A stretch of 63,517 bases of DNA, counting the filler, from Octopus bimaculoides (taxonomy: Eukaryota): the NCBI RefSeq assembly GCF_001194135.2. It is 5 parts of 5 records of this genome, joined end to end, with 100 filler letters (N's around TTAATTAATTAA, not from the genome) between each part and the next. Parts side by side here need not be neighbours in the genome. Positions count along the whole stretch, not along the records: positions 12,841 to 33,967 come from NC_068988.1; 4 more parts are not named here. One strand, written 5' to 3'. Each line of letters begins with the position of its first letter. Within the stretch, counting starts at the first letter, position 1. The notes under the pieces were generated by a model, which was not told the DNA's origin, did not search any database, and saw only the letters and a list, made by a program, of their open reading frames with translations. Of this stretch, positions 14,136 through 28,660 are shown piece after piece. Both the position numbers and the translations under genes were made by a program.

Positions 14136-15755
14136 GACACGCATACACTTATTTAAGAAACCACTCAGTAGTTACAAGCGGAATGTACTTAACACGGCAT
14201 CTTACATATATCTTAGACCATCGTTTGTCATTCAAAACCTATCACTTATTTTCATATGTAATGACTTCTATGCATTACATTCTCTTGTAGAATATGCTTC
14301 GTTTAAGAGATTCAGTCATTCAAAAACATGTTTGTTGCTTACACTAGATGGCTGTAAATTGGATATCCCTGTCTACATCACCTATATGTTTCGAAAAATT
14401 CAATAAGATGACTTGAGATTAATCATGCGTCTTTGATAAGATATTAAATATACGGGAAAGTAAAATTTACCTATTAATTGTGTGGTTAATCCTAACTAAT
14501 CGGAGACAATCAGCTTATCGAAGATTCTGCTTGCGATAATTCACGTGTGACTATGTCTTGGTAACATATACAATATTTTTTGTTAATTGACATCACGACA
14601 CATATAGGAAGTAGCAGCTGAAGGAAGAGAGAACAGCACTAGCACCTGCGGTACTCAGTTATAGATAAGTATAAGTAGACTCGAAATGAAGTATCATATT
14701 CGATGACACAGTACTCGGCCTCGTACGAATATTAAACACACAACCTTATGAACGTACGACAAAAGACTCTCACACCTAAGCCAGACTTCAACAGACTCCC
14801 TTAACTTTATTTAGAAAGTCTCTTTGAGGCATTTACCGTGAGGTTTATTGTTAATAGTTATATTCAAATTCACTATATTCTTTCTGTACCTTTAAACATC
14901 TCAACTTAGACACTGATCAATTCTAAGCCTTGCCAACTGAGAAAATGAGTTGTCTTTTGCGATATTGTTTGCTAACTATATGTCACTGATTCGTTTTGTT
15001 TTCCTTTTCCTTTTCAGAAAATTCAAAGAATCAAACTTTAGTTCTGAATCAGCAAATTGCATTGATTTCTCAGCTTCTATTCCAGCACTATTTACCAAAG
15101 AAATGCTTGAGCAAACACGTAAGCAAATATTTATTTCTTTTTATTTTCCTCTCTTAATTCTAAATGATGTTCTCTTATAATGGAAGTCAAGTGAACAAGA
15201 AAGAGCTTCACAAAATATGAATTACATGTACAACTATTTCAAAAGTGATCGTCATGCATGTGAATAACTTATTTAAATGAATAAATATTGAGGTAAAAGA
15301 AAAGCTAATAGAAACATTGATGGCTGCATAAATGCATGTTTCTCTCGTCTTATTAGCATTCTATTTTACGCGGAATATTGGTAACTTTTTTGTATTGTGA
15401 TATCTCCTAACACAGCACGAACAGCAACGGCATTGTTAGTAGTAGCAGAGGATGCGAAATTCTTCAAAAATTATTCTCGATCGCATCTCACTTCATATTA
15501 ATAAAACATGGATTCAGTAAAAGTAGAAGTTACACATGCAAAAATAGAAAATATTCCTATAGATGAAGTTGACAACTTTGCTTTGCACCTAGATGGTTCT
15601 GAGTTCGATCCTACAGATGGACTAATTCTAGGAAAACTCTGCGTTAATACTTGATCACCTATCGGCTATACAAAGTGATGAGCAAAATTTGTCAAGCAGA
15701 AATTGCGCAGCAGACCGCCAACACGCACGCACATATACATCTATACATGCAGCAT

Positions 15756-15813
<58 letters not shown>

Positions 15814-18800
15814 NNNNNNNNNNNNNNNNNNNNNNNNNNNNNNNNNNNNNNNNNNNNNNNNNNNNNNNNNNNNNNNNNNNNNNNNNNNNNNNNNNNNNNN
15901 NNNNNNNNNNNNNNNNNNNNNNNNNNNNNNNNNNNNNNNNNNNNNNNNNNNNNNNNNNNNNNNNNNNNNNNNNNNNNNNNNNNNNNNNNNNNNNNNNNNN
16001 NNNNNNNNNNNNNNNNNNNNNNNNNNNNNNNNNNNNNNNNNNNNNNNNNNNNNNNNNNNNNNNNNNNNNNNNNNNNNNNNNNNNNNNNNNNNNNNNNNNN
16101 NNNNNNNNNNNNNNNNNNNNNNNNNNNNNNNNNNNNNNNNNNNNNNNNNNNNNNNNNNNNNNNNNNNNNNNNNNNNNNNNNNNNNNNNNNNNNNNNNNNN
16201 NNNNATATATATATATATATATATATATACATACATATCATCGTTTAGTCATTGCAAATGGATGGGGTTGATTCAGAATGAGCAAATAAAGTACCGATGT
16301 GTCACAAACTGCGCATTGGGAAACTGATATTTAATTTCAGTCCCTTTGTTTCAATATGAACTCAATCTTTATAAACCACTAAATCCATTGCTATCAGCTG
16401 CTTAGTATCACCGTAATCCAAAGAATGAACGCAATAAGAGATTAAATGAATATATTACCAAAGTTTAAATATTAATAGAATCAATGACTAAGAGGAAGCA
16501 CTCACATTGTTTAAAAATATAAAGGTCATATCATGCTTGTTCTGATGAAGTGACAATGTACTAGAGACTTACTTTGACGCCCCTGCTTAATTAATTGACG
16601 TCATTAATACGACTTTGATTTATGTTGGTTGGAGTGACTCAAAAGCATGTCCCTACTTTCAGTCTGTCGGATGTCTGATGATAGTCTTATGTGATAAGCT
16701 GCTGTTCAATAATCACAATTTATATTATGTTTCGACGCAAATATATCGATTCACTATAATATTCGTATGTTCTTATAAGAACACACAAAATGAACCAATT
16801 ATTTAATTTATTATTATATCTTTCAATTTATTTTTTTATATTACACTTCAAGTGAGAACAGATTTGTTTTGAAATTAGCAACATCATTATGAATAATTTC
16901 GCGGTTTAGTGGAATACATCTCGCTAGAGACATTATATAAGGCGTTCATTTACCATAAATATTGGACACTTCCTCATGTGTTGTTGAAAATATAAGCAAT
17001 CAAATTTATGTAGGTCACTTATTTCAGACATCGTTTATTTAAAACTCTATTATTAAGAATATCGTTTTCCTTTAAGATGAAAAAAGAGTGATTTGAATGC
17101 GATTTGGTTGCTATTTCTATCAAATTGACTGAACACATGCCTGTTCATTATTTTGCTGTTAAATCTTATTCTTGCAAAATCCAGAATTCTTGTATGACCA
17201 AGTGAGATTTTCATTTTCGGGACATTATGTTTGTATATTATATGGGTCATTTTGTTTTATTTTATATCCCCTATTAGAGAAACGTATGAAGTAAGTTGAT
17301 GCTTTAGACTTATATTGCATAGCATCACACTAGGCACATACAGAAGTAGCATAAAAGGTGAATTATATTCTACAGAGAAGACGTTTTGATATTTTATAAA
17401 TTCATTAAAGAATCCTCGCTTAACCTGAAAAAGAAACACCGCACATGTGACCTGCCTGGCGGATACTTGAAACCCCAAAATGTAAAAAACATGAAGGAAC
17501 TGGAAATTTGGAAACGAAATACAGGTATGTTCGTAGCCAGTTGGTGGTGTTAAACCAAAGTTCACATTAAATCTACTGCCTTGAAACATGTGCGGTTACC
17601 ATTGATTCAACTCTCTTTATATATAGTCGGTTTCAACACTATAGTTAGATTCGACCCAAAGTAATGATGGAACTAATTTTCTAGTGCATCACTCAGATAA
17701 AACGCTAGCCACGTGATGCTGAAGAAAAGTTGTTAACCATTTCCTTGCTCCTAGTTTACACAATATTACATTACAGAAAACGCCAACTTCAGTATAATTA
17801 GAAAAAAAAGATGGTGTTTTTCTATATTACAAAATAAAACTTGCAATGTTCTGAGTTCATGAGACAGTCTACAGGCAAATTAATAGTCACGTATGATATA
17901 AGAATAGCCCAGAACTAGGCATTACATTAATATATTAGTAATGCTGATTTTTAGCACTAAATCAGCACTAAGCAAACACACCAAATATTATAAAACTATT
18001 ATAAAACCAAACTACCAAATGTATTCTTCTCTTTGGAGATTTATCATGTAATTCAAAGAAGTTTCACTGTTATTTCTAGTTGGATGAAATACTCGTATCC
18101 AGCCCATTTACTCAAAAGTATTCTTGCTATAATGAACTTTCATATTCGCCATAACTGACTCACAGCTTAAACGTAATTATTGCATTCAAAATTCATAATT
18201 AGAGAGGAAACTCAGTTTATAATCTCTGAATATGTAAATTTAATAGCTTTAACGTAAATGGTTTATTGCCATTTGTTATTTAAATCTAGACAAAATTTGT
18301 AAAAATTGATGAAATGGGAGCTATTGATGTGATAACAGACTAATCTTGTACTTTCCATTAATATGATTGATCGAAGTTATTCTGATGTCCATCAACCGGT
18401 ATCTCATTATATACGCACTGTATACAAGATTATCATTAAAGCTGCTACCTTATGATCCATGCATACAGCGACAGCAATTGTCCACGACGCATTATAATGA
18501 ATAATTATATATTACCACAAGGAATACTTCTTAATCGTTAAAGATTTCTATTTCTTAAAACCAATGTCTAGATGATGATAAAAGTATATTTACCTATTTA
18601 CCTACCCATCTATCTTACCACTTGAATCTTATTATGTATCTATCGACATATGTATCTTCTTTCTTCCTTCTCTTTTAGCAGTAATTTATGCATTTATTCA
18701 TACCTCCAGAACTTTTAACAAATGTAATTTGTATGTAAACAGCGATCTTGAACTGCGTAACATTTTAACTAAAATTATAAAAATATGTCTTACGGTTTCG

Positions 18801-19516
18801 AATCCTCTGCGTAATTACTTATTATGCTTGAAATTCTAGCGAAATCTTTATTCATATCGTTCAATCGTCTAAATATAAGAAGGTAGACACTGTATAATAT
18901 GGTTCCAGATACACTTTAAAAATAAAATAGACATAGTTGTGGCCGGAAGGCCTTTTCTTGTGGGTAGATTCCATGACAACAAAGGTTAGGGATTAAATAA
19001 GGCAAAACTGAAACCGACGGATAAAATTCCCAGGTATCGAATACAATTTTACTGACGCTTTAGGCATAAACTTATAAGAACACATTTGGTCATAGGTTGA
19101 AATAAGAAAAACGATACTGGAATGTTAATTTCGAAGGCAGTTCGAAGTTCTTAGATTTGGAAGATGGCTGCATTAGATAGAACCAGGTCTATGTTTGATT
19201 GGTATCTTGTGCATTATCGACGTCCAAAATGGCGAAGGGCAAAACGCATATCTGCAGAGTTCAGCTCAAACAAAAAAGAATGGCAATAAAACAGCATTGT
19301 ATTCGACACTAACCTTCTGCAAGTTCACTGTTTCTACCAAAACTGGAATACGAGAAGAAAACATTGGCAGAATTATTTCTAATATTCCTGGCAGCATATT
19401 CACAAAGGGGTCGGAATAATTCTAGTAATTATTTGCTGCACAAACTGCTTTGATATCCATTTGTAATCACAGATCACGAGCAACTACGAGAAAAAATTTA
19501 GTCAATCAGATATTAT

Positions 19517-19820
19517 TGTAACATAGTTACTCGTCCCCACTAATTGTAGCAGCGCCACTATTTATGGTGATACTTGTTTACACTATAACCGTATAGTAAC
19601 AATAAAACATATAGCGAAGTAGGCTGACAACAATATAACAATGCAACAAACTCTGTACCAACTATACATGAACCAACACGCAATATTCTGACAACTACAA
19701 AAAGAACGCCTTACGATTTCTTACGATTAACGCCGTCGCTCGCCGTCTCTTACGCAGACCGCTACTATTTATAATCGTTCGGTCAATCTTACAGCGGGTG
19801 TTGTGACTCTCGCCACAACA
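19517..19820 (-). mobile_element. 3' LTR of the Gypsy element
   Basis: On the minus strand a polypurine tract AAAAGGAGAGG is followed by TGTTGTGG at 19820. The LTR ends ...ACA at either 19545 or 19517. Lies directly downstream of the integrase. Confidence 0.55.
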
Positions 19821-19849
19821 CCTCTCCTTTTGAGATTTCGACTTCCGTA

Positions 19850-21990
19850 GGAGACGAAATTTATTTTATTTATTATTAATTTTTTTTTATTCCAGCAACT
19901 CTCTCTTTTTTTGTTTTAAATTTTCCTTCCTTAAGGAGTTCAGTACCTTTTCCGCTTCGGAATCAGTTCGTGATCTTCAGTCTGCTTACGTTTTCTGTTA
20001 TTGCGCCTTTTAGACTCAATCTCAGTTGGTGCTGGCACATCAAATATATCTCAAAAACACTTCCATTGGAATTTCCTTTCTTTCTTTTGGCTGTCTGATT
20101 TTTAATTGATTTAGGTGTGGCTTCTGCTCCCATCGTTTATTAAATACATCATGTTTCCAATTCATTCTTTTAGTCACTACAACACCCTGCCATTTCTCTT
20201 TACCATTCTTATATGCTATGAAATGGATTTGTATCCGACATCAAAATGTTTAGTTGAATTATTTGTATATTCTCTATACGCTTTTTTTTTCCTTGGCAAA
20301 ATTTTGTCGACGATCGATTAATCTTCCGACCGAACATTAGCTCTGCAGATGGCTTGCTTGAACTGGTTTTCGGACTGGGAATTATTCTGTACACTCTTAA
20401 GAATTTAATTAGCAATTCGTCAGTTCATAACTCGTTCCTTGCGTCTTTTAGCGCTCACGTGGAAGTATCTACGAATCATTCTGCTTCCCAATTGACCTCG
20501 GGTGATAGGGCGGGGGAAACATGTGCTTGATTGCATGCATTTTGCCGAATTTCTTGAACTGGTATCCTGTATATTATGTTCCATTGTTCGATAATATGAT
20601 ATCCGGAAAAAAATTATCGAGCAAAGTTTCCGTGTAGGAAATTTATTGTTGCCTTCGAGACAAGTTGACTGCACCTACATACATCCAGCAACTTGGTAAA
20701 GGTATCAACGATGATCAAATTGTACGCGTCATTCACTGGTCCTGCGTAGTCTATATTAACCTAGACTACGAATTTTTTGTTTCAGGCGACGATTGGTGTT
20801 TCACCGCTCGTGCATTGGCTGCTAGCGCACAACCTCTACATGATTCTACCAAATTTTCATTGTCCCAGTCCATCGTCGACCAATACTCGTAACTCCTCAT
20901 CAAATCTTTCGTCCTTGACATCCCCGGATGTCCACTATGAAATTCATGTAAAATCCATTTCTTTAGTTGATACTATCACGCATTGTGCGTACATCAATAC
21001 AGAGTGAAAAATGGTTCGCATTCGTGTTTCTCTTTTGTTTATTTTTCAAGGTTTCCTTCATTTTTAAGGTGCATTTGTCATCCGCTGATTTTATTTTATA
21101 TATTGTACAGTCACTAACAACACCTAAATGACATTACACAAATCATTTTTAATGATTTTTCTTATTATTATACGGCTATAAAAATATCTTCCAGCGGTTC
21201 GGCATTCTAGATAAACAATGCACAAGGCCAATTTTCTTAGAAGGTTTCTCCTAACAATATTGCACCCCAGCGTTATAATCTGTTAGCTGTATTGGTAAGA
21301 ATTCCTTTCTTTGATTCGAAAATTGATAGCAACGGTCGGCGGTCCGTCTGAAGCCGAAAAGCTCTACAGTGGAAAAATCTTTTAAATTTCTTCACAGAAA
21401 AATTATCGCTAGAGATTCTTTCTCTATCTGACTGTAGTTTTTTTTTTCTGCTCCAATCAGTGCACGTGATGCCTCAGAAGCGAAAACAATCTCCGCTGCA
21501 GGATTGAAGTGAGCCAACAATAAATCTGAAATTAATATTCTTTAATATCCTGAAAAGTTTTTTGACAGTTATTTGACCAATTCTATTTGACGCATTTCTT
21601 TAGCAATTTATTAAATGGAGCTCCCAATTCATATATATAATTTTGATAATAGTTTGATATAAAAGCATGTAATGCCGCTATTTTAGATGGGAGGAGCATA
21701 TTTTTAATTGCGGTTGCTCTCCACGGGTCAGGTCGTCTTCCATTTTAATTTATAATTTGTCCTAAATATTTATTTTTTTTTGCAAAAATGGGTTCACATT
21801 TCCCCTCACTGTGTGTGAAACCGTAATCGCTTATGTTTTGGAAAACACACTTCACATGTTCGATATGCAGATCAGGAGATTCACTTTTAATTAATATATC
21901 ATCGAGGTATGGGATTGCAAATTAATAGTCCACTAACATCGCATCCATAACATGTTCAAATATACAAATATCGATATCAGTGAATACTTC
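19850..21990 (-). mobile_element. Ty3/Gypsy LTR retrotransposon pol remnant (RT-RNaseH-integrase)
   Basis: RT AIPYLDDILI (YLDD at 21898-21909); RNase H ASRALIGAEKNYSQIEKESLAIIF...QTDRRPLLSIF; integrase zinc finger EFHSGHPGMSR...CRGCALAA; core IDYAGP; FLRVYR...SAELMFGRKI. Gypsy domain order; stops and frameshifts; 5' truncated. Confidence 0.95.
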
Positions 21991-24622
21991 TTGATATATT
22001 CTAGAGATATACCGAAAGGATAACAACAGATTAGCTACCATTTCTATACGCTGGAAGATTTGTACTTTGTATTCATGATAAAGATAAAGAAATTTATGTT
22101 CAACATATAGAACGAAATAAATATTTTGATTCTAAATATCTTGATATAGTAATGGCTTTGTCTAGAAAGGAAATTGTAACAAAATATTTGGCTATATACT
22201 CTTTTTGATATATATTTTTTCATTTATTTTCCACTCACATATGTCTCTTTGATATTCATTGTATCTGTTATTCTCTATCATACTGGAATAAGATTTACCA
22301 AACATGGTACTTCCTTGCAGGATTCATATTCGAACCAGATTGACAACGATAAGCAGCTGCAAATTCCTTTGAATTTCGTAATGTTAAAAGCACCCTGAAA
22401 TAAAGATATGATGTATATAATTAAACATGAAAATACTTACAATACTTAATAGCTATAAACAAATCTTTTCACATTGCTTCAGTGTGTAAAAAAAAATCAA
22501 CAGATTAAAAAAGGGCAAAGAAAAAATATTCCGAAAGTCAATGCTAAATATTTCGTGAGCAATGCGAAATGTTTCTTATTTGTTTACACTTCGAATGCAC
22601 TGATTCGTTTCTTTTATGCGTAACGTGTCTCAGCAGATCTTGTTAATCTGGAATGTATATGCACATGTTTAATTCATAATATATGAATATTAATCTATGT
22701 GAACAATACGACTCTAGTTAAAATGTTATGTGTTATCTCTTACTAGAGTGTAAAATATTGTGCACATGCTATTCGCGGGAGTTTGAATTCTGGAGATGAC
22801 CTAAATGTTTGTCTTCAATTTTAGCATGATTAAGCTTCTACCTTAATGAAAATTCTCGGTAGTGAAGGATTTACTCATCGTTTCTATTCCAAGCACAATT
22901 TCATTGAGAAGAAATCGGTAACACAACATCTGGTGAGAGGCAATTGAATGTGAGAGATCTAACTCATATAGTAGCTCTTGCTGGACCGTGAGTTCTGGTT
23001 ACAGGTTGTAATGAACAAGGTGGTTGAGACGAACATAAACTGTTGTATCTGCGACTGAAAAGGCAATTGATGAGAGAGGGAATATGAAGAGATGAATGAC
23101 TGCAGATATTTAGTCCTGAATCCGTTGTTTGTTGTTTCTTATCCTTTTGGAAATAATTAAGAATAGGTATATATGTATAAGCGTTCTCGAGGCAAATGGG
23201 ATGGCATCATTCCTTTACGAGTCTCTTTTGGAGTTTGTATTCAGTCAACATTTGAAATAAGATGGAATATTTTCTATCACTAAAATTATCACCTCTCACA
23301 CAAACATTAGAATTCAGTGGGCTCAGAAGGTAGCGTAAGACGCTTACATGGTTCGTGGTGGTTATTCGGGTTTTAAGTGTGTGTCATTCATTCATTTAGT
23401 AAGAGAGTAACTAATGGAACGATATACTAAATTTGTGATTTAGTATACACTATATGCCTCAGTACAAATATAAATTAAATATAAAATTCACATAAACCTA
23501 GATATTAAATCAATGTACACGTATGCGGTTTGTTTGACAAACGTTACCGTACCTTGCCATATCCGGTGCATGAGGATCATAACGCACCTGATTCCCCAGA
23601 GCACTAGTTGAAAAATGGGCACACCAATTCTGTAAATAATATAACGAAATATTAGTTCAAGATAATGCTTGTATATATGCGCATGTCTATACACGTATAT
23701 CATATATATATAGAAATACTTATTGATTAATACTTATGAATGGTAATTATCAAGAACTACATTATTCAATATGATGTACCACACACGGCTAGATAACCTC
23801 AAACCACAACAACTTATACACCAATGGAGTACTGCACTACAACATAGAGAACAAAGATATTTGACATATCCTACTATCGAGCACATAAACGATCCACGAA
23901 TAAATTAAAGTTGCAGTCGATAGGAGGGTAGTTTGTTGATTGAGTATTCCAAATAGGGAGAAACAGCACATGTTACATCATGGATGGGACCAATAGATAT
24001 GTCATAACAATAAAATAATCATATACTCATCCTCTTTCTTTAGATTTTGAAAAGAAATTCTAAATTCTAAAAGCTTACAGTTTTGAAATAATCTTTATTT
24101 ACGACGGTGTTTTGGTTTCAAATCTTATTGTAATATTTGTCTACTTCGTTTATTTATTTTTTTCTCTTACTGAAGATCAATGACGAAGAAGACTGATATG
24201 ATATTCTTTGCCCGGTACAACTTTCCATAATTCCCATGGATTAATGCTACTAAGACTGACTAAGCTGAGGAATTTGCAGAGCAATGCAGCGGATGAATGT
24301 TCTGAAACAAAAGACGTTCATAGTGTACATTTGGAATCGGCATAAGGAATTCATCTTATGAATAAGCAATTTCTGAATCATGAAACTATCGTTTAATGCT
24401 ATAAAAGCACGCATGTGTATATATGTATGTATCCATCTATGTTGGGTGTACGGTTGTATAGAGAAAAACACTTGAAGTATATCAATTTGTCTATATATAT
24501 ATATATAAATATATATAGATGTGTGTGTGTGTAGATAAATATATNNNNNNNNNNNNNNNNNNNNNNNNNNNNNNNNNNNNNNNNNNNNNNNNNNNNNNNN
24601 NNNNNNNNNNNNNNNNNNNNNN

Positions 24623-24656
<34 letters not shown>

Positions 24657-25292
24657 ATCACAATTATGGCTCCAAATGGCATACAAGCCAAAGATTTTTA
24701 ATACGAAGTAAGCCATTGTACTAGCAAGCCACTTAATACCTGCGTTCGTTTATGTATTTGCAGAACGATATTATCCCGCAAAATTATACAACTGCTATAG
24801 TAGATTTGGAACCACTATATTTGTAAGACAGGTTTTAAAAGTAGAGCAGCAACATGTTTAATCCAATTACTACAAATACTCATGCTCTACTGTTCTTTAA
24901 TATCATAGATATATATTTGTGTCTCTCTGTGTGTCTGTGTCTTTGTGTGAGTGTTTGTCTGTCTGTGTCTCTTTAAGTGAGTGTGTATCTACATATATAT
25001 CACAACTTCACAACTATTCGTTTTTATCGTCTTAGCTGGTATGAGTCAGGTGGTTTGAAAGGATCTGTTGGTGTTTATGGATAGAATGACACTAAAATGT
25101 CTTGGGCGGCACGGTCTGTCCTGCTCCTTGTGTGCGTTTGTGTGTATGTGGGTGTGCGTGTGCATGTGCACGGGCGGGCACTTATCTATCTATATACATA
25201 TAATATATGTCTGTGCATGTGCGCGCCCGTGTGTTTGCGTGAGTGTGTATGTGTGTATGTGTGTTTCTGTGTGTGTGTCTTTGTGTGTGAGT

Positions 25293-25349
<57 letters not shown>

Positions 25350-25929
25350 ACATAAAATTTCAGGAGGTAAGAGAGATGAATATATTCACGTCAGGAGTTG
25401 AATCTAGAAATAACAGTTTATAATTTAGCATAAGATAAATTATCTTGCAGCTCTGTAATTATACATCGCATAGTACTATTAAAGATTTTCAAATCAATGT
25501 AGATATAGAAAGTTAGTTCCTCAGTTTAACAGAACATCTTGATTACATCGATTTTTAAAATCTTCTATATGTATATCTTCCTTATACTCTATATATGCAT
25601 ATGAATTTTGTATGTATGTAGGATATTTATACACTAAATAAACATTACTGTTACCAGATGAAGGTTACGAATCGGCCGTTATCCTACAGATATGAACTAG
25701 TGAAATAAGTATATTCACCTCCCATATGTACTTTTGTTGTTGTATAGTTGTATATACAAGTGAAGAAATATTTTAATTTATTGGATGTACTAGATTTCAG
25801 CTGCATAGAGCTATATGTTATATTGTTCCGTATTAGATTTCTATATGGTGTGCAGAGAGGTCGGCATATCATATATACTAGTTTTTTTTCTGATTACCAC
25901 AGGATTCTATAAATCCATTTATTGCACAT

Positions 25930-25969
<40 letters not shown>

Positions 25970-25976
25970 TTGTGTT

Positions 25977-26530
25977 TCACAAAAGTGAGTTGGTTTTCCT
26001 AAATCTAGAATAGCACCAGTCACACCGATCCCTTGTCAACCTCTCCGTGAGGCACAAGGTCCTGTGATGAGCATTGACCACTCCGTCCAATATTCTCCTT
26101 GGCCTACCTCTTCTGCAAGCTCCATGAACATTAAAGAACTGGCAATTATTTAAACAGATGTCATCAATCTTACGTATCACATAACCATAATAGTATAGCA
26201 TGCTTTCTTGCATACTACAGCTGATACTTTTCATCCTCATTACTTTCTCAACACATTTGTATTTTACAGTTTTTGCTCGCAAACACTACACATCCTACGG
26301 AGCATGTTCGCATCACTGGTTTTCAGTTTCTTCAATTACTCTACGCTGAAGCCACATTAACATAATACATCACAATTCTAAAAGTAGCGTCATATAAACT
26401 GTCATATTCCGAGAGCAGCAGCAGTAGTAGATACTTCAACTTCGTCCAAACATGGGGTAAGTATAAGTAATTATAGCCACTAACTTGCTTGCATGTTATG
26501 CCTCTTGGGTAACAAAGACTGATCCAGACT
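25977..26530 (-). mobile_element. RTE-clade LINE 3' fragment
   Basis: Contains ...YYGYVIRK...GACRRGRPRRILDGVV...LTERLTRDRCDW, the typical RTE ORF C-terminus, followed by a (CA)n/(TA)n tail. Confidence 0.85.
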
Positions 26531-27379
26531 GGTGTTTACGGCAGTTTATTTCCAGTATGTTCATAGTATGAATTGCTCCAGTAGATCTGTCTCATATGAA
26601 TCTTTCTTTGTTAATCTACCTGTTATATCCCAGCGCAATTTAGATTTTCATAACTTATATTCGGCACACCATATGGAGTATTCAATATAGTGAATCCTTT
26701 TAGCTTTAACTCTCTCTTTATACAAAATCTCTTTATAGAACTGTGCGTTTCACATTTCAGCGACGCAGTGTTTGGGCGTTCTGTGCATGCTCGCATGTCT
26801 GAGATAGGAAGCTTCAGGCTAGGGAGAGAGGAAACTGTGGTTCACGCAGTGCCGACCCAGGTGTGCTGGTGAAAAGTTGTGTTTCTTTTTGCCTCCGCGT
26901 CTATTGTGCTTAAAAACGTTTTTATATTCTTGAATGTGATAAACTGTAGAATTAGATTATTATCATGCTCCTAGCATCAGTTTTGCTGCCAGGATTTGAA
27001 AATTAGGGCACATTCCCCACCCCACTTATTTTGTGTTTTAGTGTGAATTTTTGAAAAACAAGTGGGAATTTGCGACAGTGTTCGTTGAATCAATTAGACA
27101 CACTACTCGGTAGTGGCTAAAATATAAACCGATCAAGTTTATCTATAAATTTTCATTTTATATGTTTGTTTTCTTTTACACAATACTACAACAATGGCTA
27201 AAATTTTTCTGAAGCAGCATTCCCACTAAATTTATCTACGAGCCGCCACGTCCCCATGAGTACAAAAGCCAACGGTTCCCAACCATGCGTATGTTGTCAT
27301 GTATCGCTTGTGCTATCTCTTTATCTCTCTCTTTCTTTCTCTCTGTCTCTGTCTCTTTCTCTCCCTATCTCTCTCTCTC

Positions 27380-27416
<37 letters not shown>

Positions 27417-27429
27417 GACGCTCAAAACT

Positions 27430-28660
27430 TAATACAGCATTCCTCCATAATTTTCTCTCTCTAGTACATCTTCTTTGGTTTTGTAGCAGTTTACATTGAT
27501 AATACTTTGCCAATAATTGGATTTGACATCTTTTTGTGTCACTTGATTAACTGTCCGAGTTGTAATCATGTAACCTATGCCATCATTTATTTTCAGAATC
27601 CTCGCAACAGTCTCTGATATATTTAATCGATGTAACTTGTATGTTTCTGTCATTTTTGATTGTTTTTCTCGCTATAAGGTTCCAAATTAGGTATGCCCCC
27701 GCTCTTTTTCTTTGCCTACTCCATGTTCAGCATCTTCTTATAACAACATTGACACACAACTTACTCATCTTCATGGCTTTAGTAAGTATGCGAACACGAA
27801 TATATCATTGTGAATACATTTCTCACCAAGACTTCTCCATTCTCTAACAGTGTCTTGCAACCCTGAATATATTGTGCCTCCGATTCACATCTTGCTGCAT
27901 ATACGAAACTCATTTCCATTCTGTCTTGCTCTTAGCAAAGAATAGCTGTTACCTAGCAGCAAGATCTCCCGAATAAAATTTCTCTAATATAGCTGAATCA
28001 GGTTTTTCTGAACTTCGTTTCATAATCATTGATACCCTCTCGTCCATGTCACGCCACCGTACTTCCCTTTCAATTTGTTTAGGAGGTAGTTATATCTACA
28101 TGGATGATCTGTTGCCATAAGCAGTTTATTTCCTGAAATTCCTAATTATCACGTATGCCAAGCACAATTTTTTTTCTTTTAGTTATATACTTCATTTATA
28201 ATTTCGAACTGCAGAATCGTTTTTAGCTGCCATATTTTGGCTCTTTTAAATCACTCTGTTTTATGTCTGCCTAGAACTAACTCTGAAGTCCCTAACACAC
28301 CGGAAAATATTTTGGTATTTAAAATAAGCTCTTCTGCCTCATTGTGTGGTGTGAATGAAATTTACTGTATATGTTTAATATAAGACAGCTGAATCGTATT
28401 TTTATATGTTTCCTGAAATCATTAGATAATTGCATCAAATAAGTGCAGGAGATTTGCATAGTCCTCCTTTTCTGCACCATATCCAGAGCCTTCATATATG
28501 CCAAGAAATCCAATATTACAGTCTGTCGGAAGTCCTCAATGAAGTGGTGCTCTTGTAAATATGTCGATCCTTTGTGTAGCACATAAACAGAGATAAAACT
28601 TGAGGTTGAGTTGTTCACATATATAATGAACGTAAGCAATGGTTGTCCATAAAACAAAAT
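27430..28660 (-). mobile_element. Very decayed LINE remnant (endonuclease/RT-like)
   Basis: FISVYVLHKG...FIEDFRQTV resembles the endonuclease ISAYAPQ motif, and FYSGDLA resembles YADDL. Weak motifs only. Confidence 0.3.

Noticed and set aside
26876-26945. + frame VLKNVFIFLNVIN resembling tetraspanin exon 1
   Set aside because: In-frame TGA immediately upstream, no ATG and no credible acceptor.
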